From Camelus dromedarius (taxonomy: Eukaryota): DNA of 64,000 nt. How positions within the stretch are numbered: the first letter of the stretch is position 1; each line of letters starts with the position of its first letter. The notes below the pieces were generated by a model. The model saw nothing but the letters and a program-made list of their open reading frames with translations, was not told the DNA's origin and searched no databases. The stretch covers positions 4,898,001 through 4,962,000 of the forward strand of contig NC_087437.1 in NCBI RefSeq assembly GCF_036321535.1. Reading direction: 5' to 3'. Positions 1 to 13,777 of the stretch are shown here, in pieces. The position numbers and the translations under genes are program-made.

Positions 1-707
1 AGAGATCAGCTGAGCTCTCCCTTATGATAAATAAGCAGCCACAACTTATTCCACAGGAAACATCTACATTTGGATTCTCCTTCCCAGAGTAGAGATGTGA
101 TTATAGGTTTCTAACATGTTAAAACAAGAAAACGAACAAGGCAGAAATCAACCGCAGGGTCACCCAAACAGGCTGGTTGTGTCCACCCGACACCACAGTT
201 GAGATTATACAGAAAAACTCAAATAACCTGCCTCCTTTCACCCAACGCTTTCATTTACTAATTCACACATGTAAATGTACTCCGAAACAATAGTTTTTTT
301 TTTTTTTAAGAAAAAAGATATTTAAGGTAAGGTTTCCAGATTAGATACATGCCTAAGTCATGAGGAGGTAAAACAGAAAGTAATTAATAAAAAAATAAAG
401 TCTGGTTTGCGTACATCAGCCTGAGGCGCACGCGTGTCCTTGTCGAGGGGGGCTCCCATCTGACTCCAGTCCTCATTCTGAGGGACGACCGATGCACCTG
501 TCTTCTCCCTAATCTCACCCCCACCAGTACCTGCCAATCTGTTGATTTCTGAATCTCAGTTGTCAGTAAGACAAGAGTTGTGGTGAATGACCTCTAAGAC
601 CCATTTCCAGTTATAACACTCCAAGCTATTTAGAAATACTCAGAATAAATTATTTCATGCATAATAAATACCTTGCCCTAATTTAACCTTAAATAGGGAA
701 TCAATAC

Positions 708-880
708 TGGGGCTCTCCAAACCACAGCCCACAGGGTGCCAGCCACCTACTCTGCAAATAAAGCCATGCTGCAGCACAGCTGCCCTCTCCCCGCACGTGC
801 TCACACGCAGCCTCCACATGGGAGGGGGGCTGAGCAGCTGCTAGCGTCTGTGCGACCTCTGACGTTCAAAGTCTTGTGAC
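708..880 (+). mobile_element. MER58-like hAT MITE remnant
   Basis: aaaccacagcccacagg...gcaaataaagccatgctgcagcacagc. Confidence 0.45.
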
Positions 881-1273
881 CTCTGACACAGGATATGTAC
901 TTGAGAGTTGACACCATTTTCCTATGTGTTTGTAGTAATTACAGTCCCGCTAATAATTTTCTAAAACTTCTGCCTGCAGGGAATAGCTCTCTTCTCTGCT
1001 CCTAAGCCGCAGAGGAGAATCCACACCCAGCGAGCTGGGCCAGGCGCCAAGCACGTTAAGCATCTCCTCAAGCTGCAGAGAACGCTTTCCCTCGGCTGAC
1101 TACCAAAAGCAGTGGCCAAAGCTTCAGACTGTTTTCAGGTTGGGAGAAGGAGCACAAAGCAATTACATTTCCACTTTCCCACTTGTGATGCTGGATTACC
1201 ACTCCTCCTCACCCCCCAAAAAACCCCTAGCTGGTGCACTTTATCACTTCAGAGGGTGGTAATGGACACTGGA

Positions 1274-1677
1274 TGCTGGGACTGAACTGTGTCCGCACCA
1301 TCAAATTCATATGTTGAAGTCCTAACCCCAGCACCTCAAAATGCAACCTTATTTGGAGATAAGATCTTCACAGAGGTAACTAAATTGAAATGAGGATTTT
1401 TTAGGGTGGGCCCGAATCCAGTACAACTGGATCTTTAAGAACAGAAGAAATTTGGACACTGACATGAACAGATGAAAGATATAAGGAGAAGGTGGTCACT
1501 TACAAGCCAAGGAGAAAATCCTAGAACAGCTCCTTCTCCCACAGCTCTCAGGAGCAACTGACCCTGCCAACACCTTGACCTTGGACTCCGGCCTCCAGAA
1601 CTGTGAGAAAATAAACTTCTGTGGCTTAAGTCACTCAACGTGTGCTAACTTGTTGGCATCCCCAGCAAACTAACACA
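1274..1677 (+). mobile_element. MaLR solo LTR (MLT1A-C-like)
   Basis: aaattcatatgttgaagtcctaacccc...gcctccagaactgtgagaaaataaac...gcaaactaacaca. Confidence 0.85.
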
Positions 1678-2059
1678 TCAGCACTGGAGGCTTTCAAGGG
1701 TCACATACCTTAGGTCCAATTCTTAAAACCAGAAACATTCATATTTCCTTATTAAGAACTTAATTTGCTGAAAAAGGCCAATCAAATGGATTTCTGACTA
1801 ACACACAACACTGTTTTTCACTACCCAACACATGCTGGAAACAGCCTGAGGTACCGGTAAATCTGTAGTTTTAAATTCAAACATTAAATGGATAGCTCCC
1901 ATAAAAGTATCCATACGTAGGTAGCCAGAAAAATCTAGTCCTTAAAACAGAAGTTCTTTAACAAAAGTCACTGCCTACACAACTGTTACTAAATGCTAAG
2001 TAGGTGTGGGGTGGGGTGGCGGAGCGGGTAGACCATAGTGGGGGCAGAGGGGCTCAGAC

Positions 2060-2280
2060 CACAGCAGGGTTAGAAACACGGAACTCTGTAGTCACACAGC
2101 CGGGGTCTGCATGCTGGCTCTAGCTTTTCTGAGCAGTACAACCTTCATCTCTAAATGCTTTCATTTCCTTGGTCTATAATAATATACCTTCACTGAGTTA
2201 AGAAGACAAAATGGGATCATAAATGAAAGTAAATTTAACACAACACCTGAGACACAGCAAGCACTCACTGCTCTAGTATT
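2060..2280 (+). mobile_element. MIR SINE remnant
   Basis: MIR-like order of motifs: ggttagaaacacggaactctgtagtcacacag...tttcatttcctt...tataataatatacct...cacctgagacacagcaagcactca. Confidence 0.6.
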
Positions 2281-3410
2281 TTGCCTCGTTCAATAATAAC
2301 TGTAAACTAATTCTACCAGACTCCGGTGTTGCTATAGATTCTGTGGAAGGAGTCACTTGTTTGATTACATACTACATGTCAAAAGTTATATGCCTCATCC
2401 ATAAATCTTGAAGATACACCATGTATAAATATTTGATTTCTAATGAATTTAGCTTAGGTTAGAGGGAATAAGTAGTTTCACCCTTAAAAAAAGAAAAGCG
2501 CATCAAAATATAAAAAAGATTGTGAAGGAATGCCATCTTCAATACAAGAAAACAGTTACAACCACTAATCAAACTATGAATGTCTAACAGATACAGTGAA
2601 ATCTGTACCAAAATGAAGGATGCTGAATGAAGCTTTCCCGGGTCCTGGGAAGGCTACCGAGTTGTCTAAAAGAGTATGCCTGTGTGCCTCGCCTCCCCAT
2701 CCAAGAGATCTTCAGATGATCTTACAAGTCATCCACAGGAGAAGCTCCCTTCATAACACAGAACAAGGTGAGACTGTGCTACAGGGGGGACCGAGCTGCT
2801 GGAGAGGGAGGGCTGGAGCCCATCACCATTGAGTCACTGCCTAAGAACCTGAGATGCAAGGAGCTGCCGGGCCACCCCAGCTCTGCAGGATGTGGAGACT
2901 AAGGGAGCGATGCCACTGGGATGGACAGAAAACAAACCTGGCCTGAGAGCCACGTGCAGACATGGACGGGTGTGATGCTCGTGCCTTGCCCCACCCGCTC
3001 TGTTCTTCAGTGAACAGCTGCCCTGGAAGGAAACAGATTCCTCAATGATGTGTTAAGAATTGTGAGGGATTCAGCACAGGACTAGAGCAGAAATACACGA
3101 AAGAAAGCACAGTAAACTGAGTTAATAGGTACATGTATCTGAAAGAAATTACCCCAGGAAAGGAGAGGAGAGGATGAATTTGTGAACCGTTGTTTATACA
3201 CAACTTCAGAGAAATTAAGCTGAACAGAGATGTCAAAGAAGAGCTCCAAGAAAGAGGTAAGCCAACACAAAGAGATGAGAGCTGGCGGGGCTCAGGAAAG
3301 AGAAAAGGGAAATACAGCAGTTACAGATAAAATCCTAGAAACAACAAAAAAGCAGGACAGACATGTCTTAAAAGGCAGTCAAGAATCTGAAGCCACAGGC
3401 AGAGTGCATC

Positions 3411-3503
3411 TTTGTTGTTGTTGTTAATGGAGGTGCTGGGGATCGGACCCAGGACCTCGTGCGTGCTAAGCATGCGTTCCACCACCGAGCCACCCCCTCC
3501 CCC
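3411..3503 (-). mobile_element. tRNA-Ala(AGC)-derived SINE (camelid vic-1-like, short form)
   Basis: The reverse complement shows tRNA-like A and B boxes, a cttagca anticodon loop and an (AAC)n tail. Degenerate TSD cagagtgcatctt / cagagtgactctt at 3400-3412 and 3506-3518. Confidence 0.8.
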
Positions 3504-3679
3504 GCCAGAGTGACTCTTCAGAAACCTAGGTCACCCTATGTCCCCCACCCCAAAACTCACCACTGGTTTTCCACATCTCTTTAGGGGCCAAAGCAAGTCT
3601 TCACCTGGAAACTCCCCACCTTTGCTTTATCTCCTTCGACTTTTTTTCACTTGCCTCCAAGCATGCTACACCTCCTGGC

Positions 3680-4030
3680 GTCTGCTCCTGCTCTCCTCTC
3701 AGTTTCCACTAAATATCTGCACCATATGCAAGGCTCGCCTCCTTACTTCCTTCAATTATCTCCTCGAATGTCACTGAATTTTTTCCTGGTAACCCAATAT
3801 AAAATAGCAACTGACCCCCACCCAACATACTTACTATTCCTTTAATTTTTTCATAGCAATTATCACCACAAAACAAACTATCCATCAGCCTGTTACTATC
3901 TCCCCATTAGAACAGAAGCTCCACAAAGGCTGGGACTTCACTGATTTCATTCACTGCTCTACCCACAGCACCTAGATAACACCGGCTATGCAGACATGCT
4001 TATTTAATATTTGTTGACATAATGAAGGAT
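3680..4030 (+). mobile_element. L2 3' remnant
   Basis: tccccattagaacagaagctccacaaaggctgggactt...ttcactgctctacccacagcacctaga...aatatttgttga. Confidence 0.65.
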
Positions 4031-5294
4031 AAGTAAAAGGAAGCAGCCTAACCTAAATGCAAAGACAAAATTACACTCTAATCAACAAAGTTAGCCTAGG
4101 AAAGTCAGTATGAATTTCAGGGATAAAGAACTGAATCCTGCAGGCATGAAGGCAGAGGAGAACTGACTAGGAGTGGAGTGAGCTGGGGGACGGAATGGTA
4201 AGCACATAAGAGCTCGATACAAGACTTTTACTCAGTGCTAGAAGACAGTGGAGTAATACCTATAAAGTTGACAGGAAAAAACATAAATTGAGAATTTTAT
4301 AACTAGCTAATCTACCCTTCAATTATTAAAAGAAGGCAACAGTCTCAAATAAATAAGATAGCAGGGAATATCGTCCATGAGCTCTTACAGAAAATACAGA
4401 AAGAAAAACTACATGATGTGTCTATGCAACCAAGACACAGAAAAATTAAAACCTGGGAACAGAAAAGCCATGTGTAAGGACAAGCGGGGTGTGGTGTGTG
4501 TGTGAAAAAACAGTGGGAATAACGATTACAAAAAGTCATAATTAAAGTCATCATTCTTGACAATGAAAACACGAAAGTGAAATTAGAGAATATTACTTCC
4601 TAACTTCTCATAATAGTAAATCAGAAAACAATCAGAACCTGAAGCATGAACAAGGGAGTACATGGCTCTAAGGAACTACTGACTTTTTTATATTCTTCAC
4701 TTTTCATTTTAGAGAGAGATTTTACAAACAAATAACCTTGCCATGGATACCCAAGTAGTTTTTATAATATAAAATTACAGTAATTTACTTTATTGTGTGT
4801 TCTTATTGAAGCATACCATGACTTTTATGTAAAGCAAGGGCTAAACGGGGATTATTTCACACTGCTTGATTTTCTTCCGATCACACTAGGTACGGTTAAC
4901 CCAACTACTACTGTAACACGTCACCAGTAATCAACACGAAGGGGAACAGGAGCCTACCCTAAACTTTACACTAACAGTTTTCATTATTAACTATGAGCAG
5001 ATCAGCCTCATTTTGTTGCCTACTTTTCCCTTCATGTACTTAATTCTCTTCTTTATCTAGGGAATTGATCAGGTCAAACACCTAGTTTCAATTCTAGTTT
5101 ATAACTTACTAAGTTATAAACCCATTCAATACAACTATATGGCTGTTTGGAATAAGGAGTTATGTAAATCAGTGTATAATTGGGCCTCAACAACCATGGC
5201 CCTCAAACCAAATTTAAGCAGAACCCATGAAACACCACTATATACCCTTAAGAGTCTGCATATACCATTTGAAGACTACCATTCTGGGTGATGT

Positions 5295-8025
5295 TTATTT
5301 TTTCCCCCAGTTTTATTATATAATTGACGTATAACATTATATTAGTTTAAGGTGTACAACATAATGATTTGATACACACACACATATATATATATATATA
5401 CACAGAAATAATTACCACAATAAGTTTAGTTAACATCCATCATCTCACAGTTAATTTCTTTTCTTGTGATGAGAACTTTTAAGATCTACTCTCTTAGTAA
5501 CTTTCAAATATACAGTACAGTATTAACTATACTCACCATTCTGTACATTACACCCTCAGAACTATCTTACAGTTAGAAGTTTGTACCTTCTGACCACTTT
5601 TATTCAGTTCCCCACTACCTTACCGGCACCCCTGGCAACCATCAATCTATTCTATGAATTTGGTTTTCGTAGATTCCACATATAAGTGAGACCATGAATT
5701 ATTTGCCTCTGTCTGACTTATTTCATTTAGCATAATGCCCTCAAGGTCCATCCATGTTGTTGCCAATGGCAGGATTTGCTTCTTTTTTTAATGGCCAAAT
5801 GATACTCCACTGTATGCATTTACCACATCATCTTTATTTATCCGTTGACATTTAGGTTGTTTCCATGTCTTGGCTGTTGTGAATGATGCTGCAATGAATG
5901 TGGGAGTGCACGTATCTTTTTGAGATGGTCATTTTGCTTCCTCTGGATGTACACACAGAAGTGGAAGCACTGGATCATACAGCTGCTTCATTTTCAATTT
6001 TTTGAGGAACCTCCATACTTTTTTCCGTGATGGCTGTACCAATTTATATTCCCAGCACAAGGAATTCCCTTTTCTCCACATCTTTGCCAATACTTCCTAT
6101 TGCCAGTCTTTTTTATGACAGCCATTCTAACAAGCGTAAGGTGATATCTCCTTGTGGTTTTGCTCTGCACTTCCCTGATGATCAGCAATGCTAAGCACCT
6201 TATCATGTACATTTTGGCCATAACTATGTCTTCTTTGGAAAAATGGAGCCCTTCTGCCTGACCTTTAATCAGATTGGTTTGTCTGGTTTTTTTTGCTATT
6301 GAGCTGTATGAGTTCTTTATATATTGTGGATATCAACTTTGTAAATGTATTGCAAATAAATTTGCAAATTGTTTTCTCCCATTCTGTAGGCTGCCCTTTC
6401 ATTTTGTTGGTTTCCTTTGCCATGCAGAAGCTTTTGGTTTGATGTAGTCCCACTTGGTTATATCTGCCTTTGTTTCCTTTGCTTCTGGTGTCAAATCTAA
6501 AATATCATCGCCAAGACTAATGCACAAGAGCTTACCCCTTGTTTTTTCCTTCTATGAGTTTTATGATTTCTGGTCTTACGTTCAAGTCTTTAACCCATTT
6601 TGAGTTGATGCTTGTGTAGGGGTAAGACAGAGGTCCAGTTTTCCCAGCACCACTTATTGAAGAGACAGTCCTTTCCCTATTGTATGTTCTTGGTCCTTTG
6701 TCGTAAATTAGCTGACCATAAAATGAACGAGTTTGTTTCTGGGCTTTTTGCCCCATGGATCTACATGTCTGTTTTTATGCCAATACTTTACTGTTTCAAC
6801 TACTATAGCTCTGTAATATAACTGAAAGGAAGCATGACACCTGCACCTTTGCTGTTCTTTCTTAAGACTGCTTTGGCCATTTGGGCCTTTGGGGTTCCAT
6901 ACATATTTTAGGATTTTTTTTTTACTTCTGTGAAAAATGCCAATGGAATTTTGATGGGGACCGCACTGAATCTGTGGATTGCTTTGGGTAGTGTGGATAT
7001 TTTAACAATATTAATTCTTCCAATCCACAAGCACAGGGTATCTTTCCATTTCTTTGTGCCTTCTTTACTTCCTTTCATCAATGTCTATTAGTTTCCACTG
7101 TACAGAGCTTTCACTTTCTTGGTTAAAGCTGTTCCTAGGTATTTTACTCTTTTTGATGTAGTTATAAATGGAACTGTTTAAATTTCTCTTTCTGATAGTT
7201 TGTTATTAGTATCTACAAGCACAACAAATTTTTGTATGTTGATTTTGGAGCCTGCAACTTTACTGAATTGGTTTTCTAACAGGTTTTGGATGGAGTCTCT
7301 GCAGTTTTCTATGTATATCATGTCATCTGCCAACAGAGACAGTTTACTTCTTCCTTTCCACAATTTGAACACTTTTAATTTCTTTTTCTTTCCTAACTGC
7401 CATGGGTAGGGCTTTTTCCTATGTTGAAAAAGTGGTAAGAATGGGCATTCTCACCGTGCTCCTGATTTTAGAGGAAAAGCTTTCAGCTTTTTGGCTTTGG
7501 ATACGATGTTAGCTGTGGGCTTGTCACATGGGGCTTTATTATGCTGAGGTATGTTCCCTCTATACTTACTTTCTTGAAAGTTTTTTTTCTTTTAACCACA
7601 AATGGGTGTTGAATGTTGTCAAATGCTTTTTCTGCATCTACTGAGATGATCTTATGATTTTTAGCTTCATTTTGTTAAGGAGTGTATCACACTGACTCAT
7701 TTGTGGAAGTTGAAGCATCCTTGGAATAAATCACACTTGATCATGGCATTATGATCCTTCTAATGTATTGCTGAATTCAGCTTGCTAATATTTTGTTAGC
7801 AAATATTTTTGCATCTATGTTCATCAGGAAAACTGAAGTATAATTTTCTTTTTTGGTAGTGCCTTTTTCTGGTTTTGGTAACAGGGTAATCCTGGCCTTT
7901 TAGAATGAGTTTGGAAACATTCTTTCCTCTTCAATTTTTTAGAACAGTTTGAGAAGTATAGGTATCAACTCTTTTCTAAACGTTCGGTAGAATTCACCTA
8001 TGAAGTCACCTGGCCCTGGGCTTAT
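5295..8025 (-). mobile_element. L1 (L1MA-like) 5'-truncated copy: decayed ORF2 RT/C-terminus plus 3' UTR
   Basis: Several track ORFs are ORF2 fragments (LSLLADDMIYIEN, YGQLIYDKG, RRYHLTLVRMAVIKK). A typical L1 3' end lies at about 5300. Confidence 0.9.
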
Positions 8026-8903
8026 CATTTAAGCAGAATATGCCTCAATGAAGAGGAAATACTATTTTTCCCTTGAACCTCCTCAGTTCTTATCTCTGAT
8101 CAATTTCAGTTGAAAACAAGCGAGCTAGCATCCACAGAACTGACATTTTCCATGAAGCACATCAGTGACGGAGTTATTCATAAAGAAACTAATATAAGCT
8201 TATTAGCTTGATCCATATTTAACTATAACTCTATATAGTCATGCAATTTATTATAAAAATTATATTTGAAAAATTTTTATTAATTCACAATGGCAAAATT
8301 CTATTCAGGCTACTATTTAATAGGATTTTCACTCAAAATTTTCCTCAGTGCTCCTTCTCCCAAATATCAAAGGAATGATGCTACTTCTCCACTTGCACTC
8401 TGTATCTATCTGTGCCATCTGGTAACACAAGCACAACTCAGACGCGTGCATCTTTTCCTAATAAATATCCTCTATGATAATCTGGGTACAAGAGAAATGT
8501 TTCTAAGCTCTCTGATTGCCTGTTTTAGGACTGCAGGCAGTCTGACCACAATAGGAGCTACTCTCTAAGAGACAGTTTTACCATTACTTCATATTGTGGA
8601 GTCTTAAACAGTTGAGAAGAAATTTAAAAATAAAAGTACAATTTCCTAAAATATATTTTATATGCCCTCAAAGAGAATTAGATACAAGCCTTTTAAAGAC
8701 ATAAGTCTTGCTGGCATCACTTTCAAAATATATCTATAATCATACCATTTCTTAGCCCCTCCACTGCTGTTCTGGCTCCAAGCCACCACCACCTCCCCCT
8801 CGGAGAACTGTGATCGTCTCCTAGTAACTCTGTGGTTAATGAGGCCTTGTATGACAACTCTGTGCAATACCCAGCCCTATATAATGCTCATCCCACCCCA
8901 TTA

Positions 8904-9224
8904 TAGCTGTCCCTCAGCATCCGAGGGGACTGGTTCCACCACCCTCTGTGGACATCGAAATCCACAGATGCTCAGGTCTCATATAAAATGGTACAGTATT
9001 TGCATAAAATCAATGCACATTCTCTTGTATACTTCAAATGCTCATTAGGCCACTTATAATACCTAACTCAATGTAAAAGCTATGTAAATAGCTGTAAAGT
9101 ACAATGTAATGTTATGTGAACAGTCACCAGTTCATGGCAAATTCAAATTTTGCCTTTTGGAACATTCTGGAATGTTTTTCCCAATATTTTGATCTGTTGA
9201 ACCCACAGATACAGAGGGCCAACT
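8904..9224 (+). mobile_element. MER2/MER2B-like Tigger MITE inserted into an L2 remnant
   Basis: tagctgtccctcagcatcc...aaatccacagatgctcagg...cagatacagagggccaact, with TA flanks. Confidence 0.8.
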
Positions 9225-9525
9225 TATTCTGGTCTACTTCTTCATTTTTCCATAGCACTTATCTCCTTCTAACTTGCCGTAAAATTTACTTGTATTTTCA
9301 GCCTACTTATCTTTTTAGAGTGTATGCCCTACGTGGGCAGCGATTTGTTTTCTAATGTACTTAAGCCCCAGAATGTACCTGGGACCTGAGACGAGGTCAG
9401 TACTTCTAGAATGAACAATCAAGTTTCAGGTTGTTAAACAAATATGAAGAAATAGTCAATCAGGTTTGATAAATATTAATTATGACAAAATATGCATGAT
9501 GTGCTCTATACAGAGTTTACCATAC

Positions 9526-9604
9526 CAGATAAAATAAGCAATTCAATGATTTCTGCATCTCCAAGATAGGCAGCAGCATGCAGTGGAGTTCTCTTTTCAT
9601 TGTC
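9526..9604 (-). CDS. ANKRD28: ANKRD28 coding exon (DNEKRTPLHAAAYLGDAEIIELLILS-G), ankyrin repeat with TPLH motif
   Basis: Acceptor cctttccttcttatcacag|GAC, 79 nt, donor TCTG|gtatgg (phase 1). It continues the frame of the 37262-37179 exon and contains the ankyrin TPLH consensus. Confidence 0.97.
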
Positions 9605-10469
9605 CTGTGATAAGAAGGAAAGGTGGAACATAAATTTCAATATAAAGTTAATTTTAATATACTTTAAATGAAGAGAAACCATCATTTAACTACCAGCTTA
9701 CTACCTGCATAATTCCAGTCTAGTCTGCAAGTCCCACTAACAGAGTATTTCCTTGCTATAAGAAGAAAAGCCTAAAAAAAAAATGTTTTTGGCCTTAAAA
9801 GAATGGTATAAAATGCAGCAAAGAATAAAAGAAAAATCTATGATGACAAAGAAACAGCTTCTTAGACTTTCTCTAAATAAAGAAGCCTATGCTGCTGATA
9901 TATAAAGGCAAACTTCCTTCACTTCATACTACTTGCCCACTACCCCCTCAATGTATTCCCACAATTTTATATAGTTTAGAATTGTTGATCTAACTAAACA
10001 AAATAAACCTTAACAAACCAGAAAGTTTGCTCATCAAAATATTTCCACAGAAGTACCCATAGTGGCAAAAATAGAAAATATCTCCGGGGATTTGGAATCA
10101 TCCCTTAAAACAACTTTAAGGTTTTTCCTAAAGTTCCTGCCAATTCCATTTTTGGCACTAAAATATATTCCTATCTTTGTAAGTATCAAAAAAAAAAAAA
10201 AAAACCCACCAAAAAACTTAGTCTTCCAAATCTTCCTTCAGGAGGAGAAGCTACATCTAACTTCATGGCTTTGTGTACTTCCCTCCCTGAAACAACGTCC
10301 TTCAATTTGAAAAGCAAGATCTCAGAGTGATGTTGCATTCAGGGATTCAATTCACGTTTATAGCTCATCTAAGGTTACAACAGTGTTGCTGACTTGGCTG
10401 CATCTTAGAAAGTTATTCATTTAAAAATACTTATTTTGAAATTTATATCCAGTTTTTTTGCATACTGGC

Positions 10470-10890
10470 TTTTGAGCCAGACTGTTAGTTGTTTTCCATT
10501 ATCCGTTTTCCCCTTTGTCCACAGGAATAAATTTTTACCTGGTTATTTACCCACCCAGGGAGAGAACAGACTCCTAGCATGCCTTGAAATTCTGTTACTT
10601 AGCATGGACGTGGAAGTAAAGGCACAACTTTCAGGTCACCTTCAACCTAAAAGATAACCATCCTATAGCTAGACTAAAGCTTTATTTTAGCACGTCCCAC
10701 CGGCTGGAAGGCAGATGTGAAGCTGCGCCAGCTCTGACCATGCAGAGGAAGGCCGATACCCTACAAGACAGTTAAGCAAAAGATATTGACTGATTCTGTA
10801 GAGCAGAGCTGCCCCGCCAACTTGGGGCACTAACTTCTAGACAAATAAGAGAAATAAGAATTTTATTTAAATAGATACTGTGTTGTATTA
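10470..10890 (+). mobile_element. Old MaLR LTR remnant (MLT1-like)
   Basis: gagcagagctgccccgccaacttgggg...cttctagac...agagaaataagaattttattt resembles an MLT1 3' half. Confidence 0.55.
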
Positions 10891-11726
10891 TGATAATATT
10901 ATAGCTTTCAAGATTAAAAAAAAAGAAAAATTTCACATCATAATAATTTTCTAGTTGGGCAATATCCCAATTGTGCTAAGAAAGAATAGTCAGGCCAATG
11001 AGAATAAATTAGGAAAAAAATCTGCTAGTCAAAAGAGGGGTTAAAAATATTCATAGGCAATCACAAAAATGTTCAGCTGTAGTATATAAAGGTTTTATAA
11101 AGATGTGTGTATCATGTAATTATCACTGGCTCTACATATAATTTAAATGTATTCATGGTACTGTTTTTGTCCTTATAATAGTAACAGGTGCAAAAATAAA
11201 GGGAGGCTGGTATGATGGTTATTAATGTTTTTTAAAGTCAGCTAAGAGCTCTTGTCTCTCTAACCCCAATTAACTTCCACATGACCATGTTTTTTATTCC
11301 AATATAAACCCCAATAAACAAATGGTTTGCACAGACATGACTGAACAAAGAGTCACTGAAAAAGCTAACACAGAACTACTAAAATATCAGGCTTACTCAA
11401 AGCTGAGTCCTAACTTAGTCGATTTAATAAAAGAATCCTTGGCTTAAAGTTTTTCAGTGTTAATCATTAACACATTGAACTTCCCTACAATGTTTAAGTA
11501 TCGTCAGACCCACTCAAACTGAGAAACACACACATTCCACAGGATAAACCACACACACACAGTACACAGTACACACGGAGAGCAAGTCATATCTGTGTGA
11601 GATTGTCTGAAATTCTGTGACTCAGTGTCTTGAATTCTATTAATGTACTTCATATGACTCAGGAACTTTTTATTCCTTTCATCTGATTTGTAGAGAGGAA
11701 AAACTAAGGAACAAATTGGTTAATTT

Positions 11727-11962
11727 AATTTAATTTTCTTAACATTTTTTATTGAGTTATAGTCATTTTACAATGTTGTGTCAAATTCCAGTGTAGAGCA
11801 CAATTTTTCAGTTATACATGAACATACATATATTCATTGTCACATTTTTTTTCGCTGTGAGCTACCATAAGATCTTGTATATATTTCCCTGTGCTACACA
11901 GTATAATCTTCTTTATCTATTCTGTGTATACCTGTGAGTATCTACAAATTTTGAAATCCCAG
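11727..11962 (-). mobile_element. Short young L1 3' end
   Basis: T-rich tail followed by L1 3' UTR. TSD caaattggttaattt / caaactggttaattt at 11712-11726 and 11963-11977. Confidence 0.8.
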
Positions 11963-12559
11963 CAAACTGGTTAATTTTAAAAGAAAAATTTTACCTATCC
12001 TACTCTACTACAATTAAATATTGAAAATCATTCGATAAAACATTTAAGATTCCCTTTAGAAAAATTTATTAGAATGAAAAAATGAATATCCCTGTATACA
12101 CATGAATTTTACCTCAAGGAATTTCTTTTTTTTTAGATAAAGGTATCAAATACCCATTTATAGATACTTAAATCAAAATGCTGGAAACAATTTAAATACT
12201 CACCAGTAAGGGAATGCTTATCTAAAATTATGAAACACAAGCAGCTCTTAACCAACCTTCATTTAACTGACTTGCATGATGAACCAATATTCTGTTTCCT
12301 GGGTAAGACTAACGGTCCCTGCGAGGAAGGTAACACTGCACTCCCGTCAGGGGACTTCGCGCTGTCGGGGGAAAAGCCCTGGCCCAATTCCCCCCCAAAA
12401 TGGCTGGTAAATACACACTGTTACAGCAAAATGCTTAAAGATTGTTTTAGACGCTTCCCCCTGTCAGACTTCGATTAGCTTATCAATTACCAGTTATGAA
12501 AGTGTGCAGATGAGAGGTCTTCGAGTTGTACACACACACACACACAGTGCAATACTATG

Positions 12560-12700
12560 CAAGGGTTCTGAATCCAATTCCCATGTGTGGGTTTCCCCCC
12601 AACACATCAAGCAATGCTCCAACACCTGCTGGTGGTCCTACAACTCTACCCGATTATGACACTATCTACCAGGGGTTGACAGGATCAGATCCCACATGTT
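12560..12700. mobile_element. ERV LTR fragment (MER21-like)
   Basis: tgtgtgggtttcccccaacacatcaagcaatgctcc...tgacactatctacc...tcagatcccaca. Confidence 0.6.
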
Positions 12701-13141
12701 TCCAAAAGTAAAATAAAAAAACATAAAGATAACATTTCAATCAGCTGAAAACACTGCAGTAATTCCCCATACCAGGCATTTCACAAATCCAGGTGCCCAT
12801 TAAAAAAAAAGAAAATATTTCTTAGGTATTAAGTCAGTTTTTAAAGAAACCATTACACCTCCACAGAGTATTCCAAAACAACCCCAACTAGAATTATTAG
12901 GTACATACAACAGACTCAGAAAACTTAACTCATTTGATCACACAGCTTTTGATCATATTCACTGAAGTATACACATTATTCTTACCATTCTTATGTGGTA
13001 CTCTGAAAAGATATTTTGTGCATATGATTAGGACTGCAAAAAATTATTCACCCTCCCCAAATAAAAGCAAACCAAAAAATAGCTTTAGCTCTTTTAATTG
13101 ACTATCCTGAGAGATGGGAAAACTATACACATCAGAAGGGT

Positions 13142-13146
<5 letters not shown>

Positions 13147-13172
<26 letters not shown>

Positions 13173-13173
13173 A
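13147..13173 (+). repeat. (AG)n microsatellite
   Basis: Direct reading of the sequence. Confidence 0.9.
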
Positions 13174-13777
13174 AGACCAGTGATTGCTACCCACTTTGGG
13201 GCTGGGGCACTTTGGTTAGTCGCTCACCTGTGTACCGATCAAGCCAGAGCAGCTGGAGGAGCCACATTTACTAACACGGCAGGGCCCAGAGCAACCACAT
13301 GCAGAGAGCGGCTTCTCAGGAGAGATTGTCATTCTGTGGTAGGCACTGTATAAAGCCCTCGACACATCTGTTCTACTCTGCAAAATTCTTGTGGAGTTCA
13401 GCATGCACTGTTCTTGAAGAAGAGGAAACTGCTTCCACGCTCAGACTCCTCACCAGAACACTCTACTGACAGCTGACCAACTAAAAGCAAGCCATCAGTT
13501 CAATCTCACTTTGTTCAAAGCCTGACCAGCTGTGGCTTCTCTTGGGCATCTTCAAAGAAACAAAACTACTGCAAGGAAACTGCTCAGCAACACAGGCTGG
13601 AGGCTGGGCTTCCCCGACACTAGCTTGTCACTGCCACCCGCCCGTCAGCTTCGTCCCTCTGTATCTGCACAGAAAGGAGAAGGAAGGGCTGAGGAAAGAC
13701 CAGGAAATAAGCAAGCTGTCCTTCCTTCCGTTCCTTTAAGAAAAGCTGCATTAGCCAGAGATCCAGGATTCTACACG

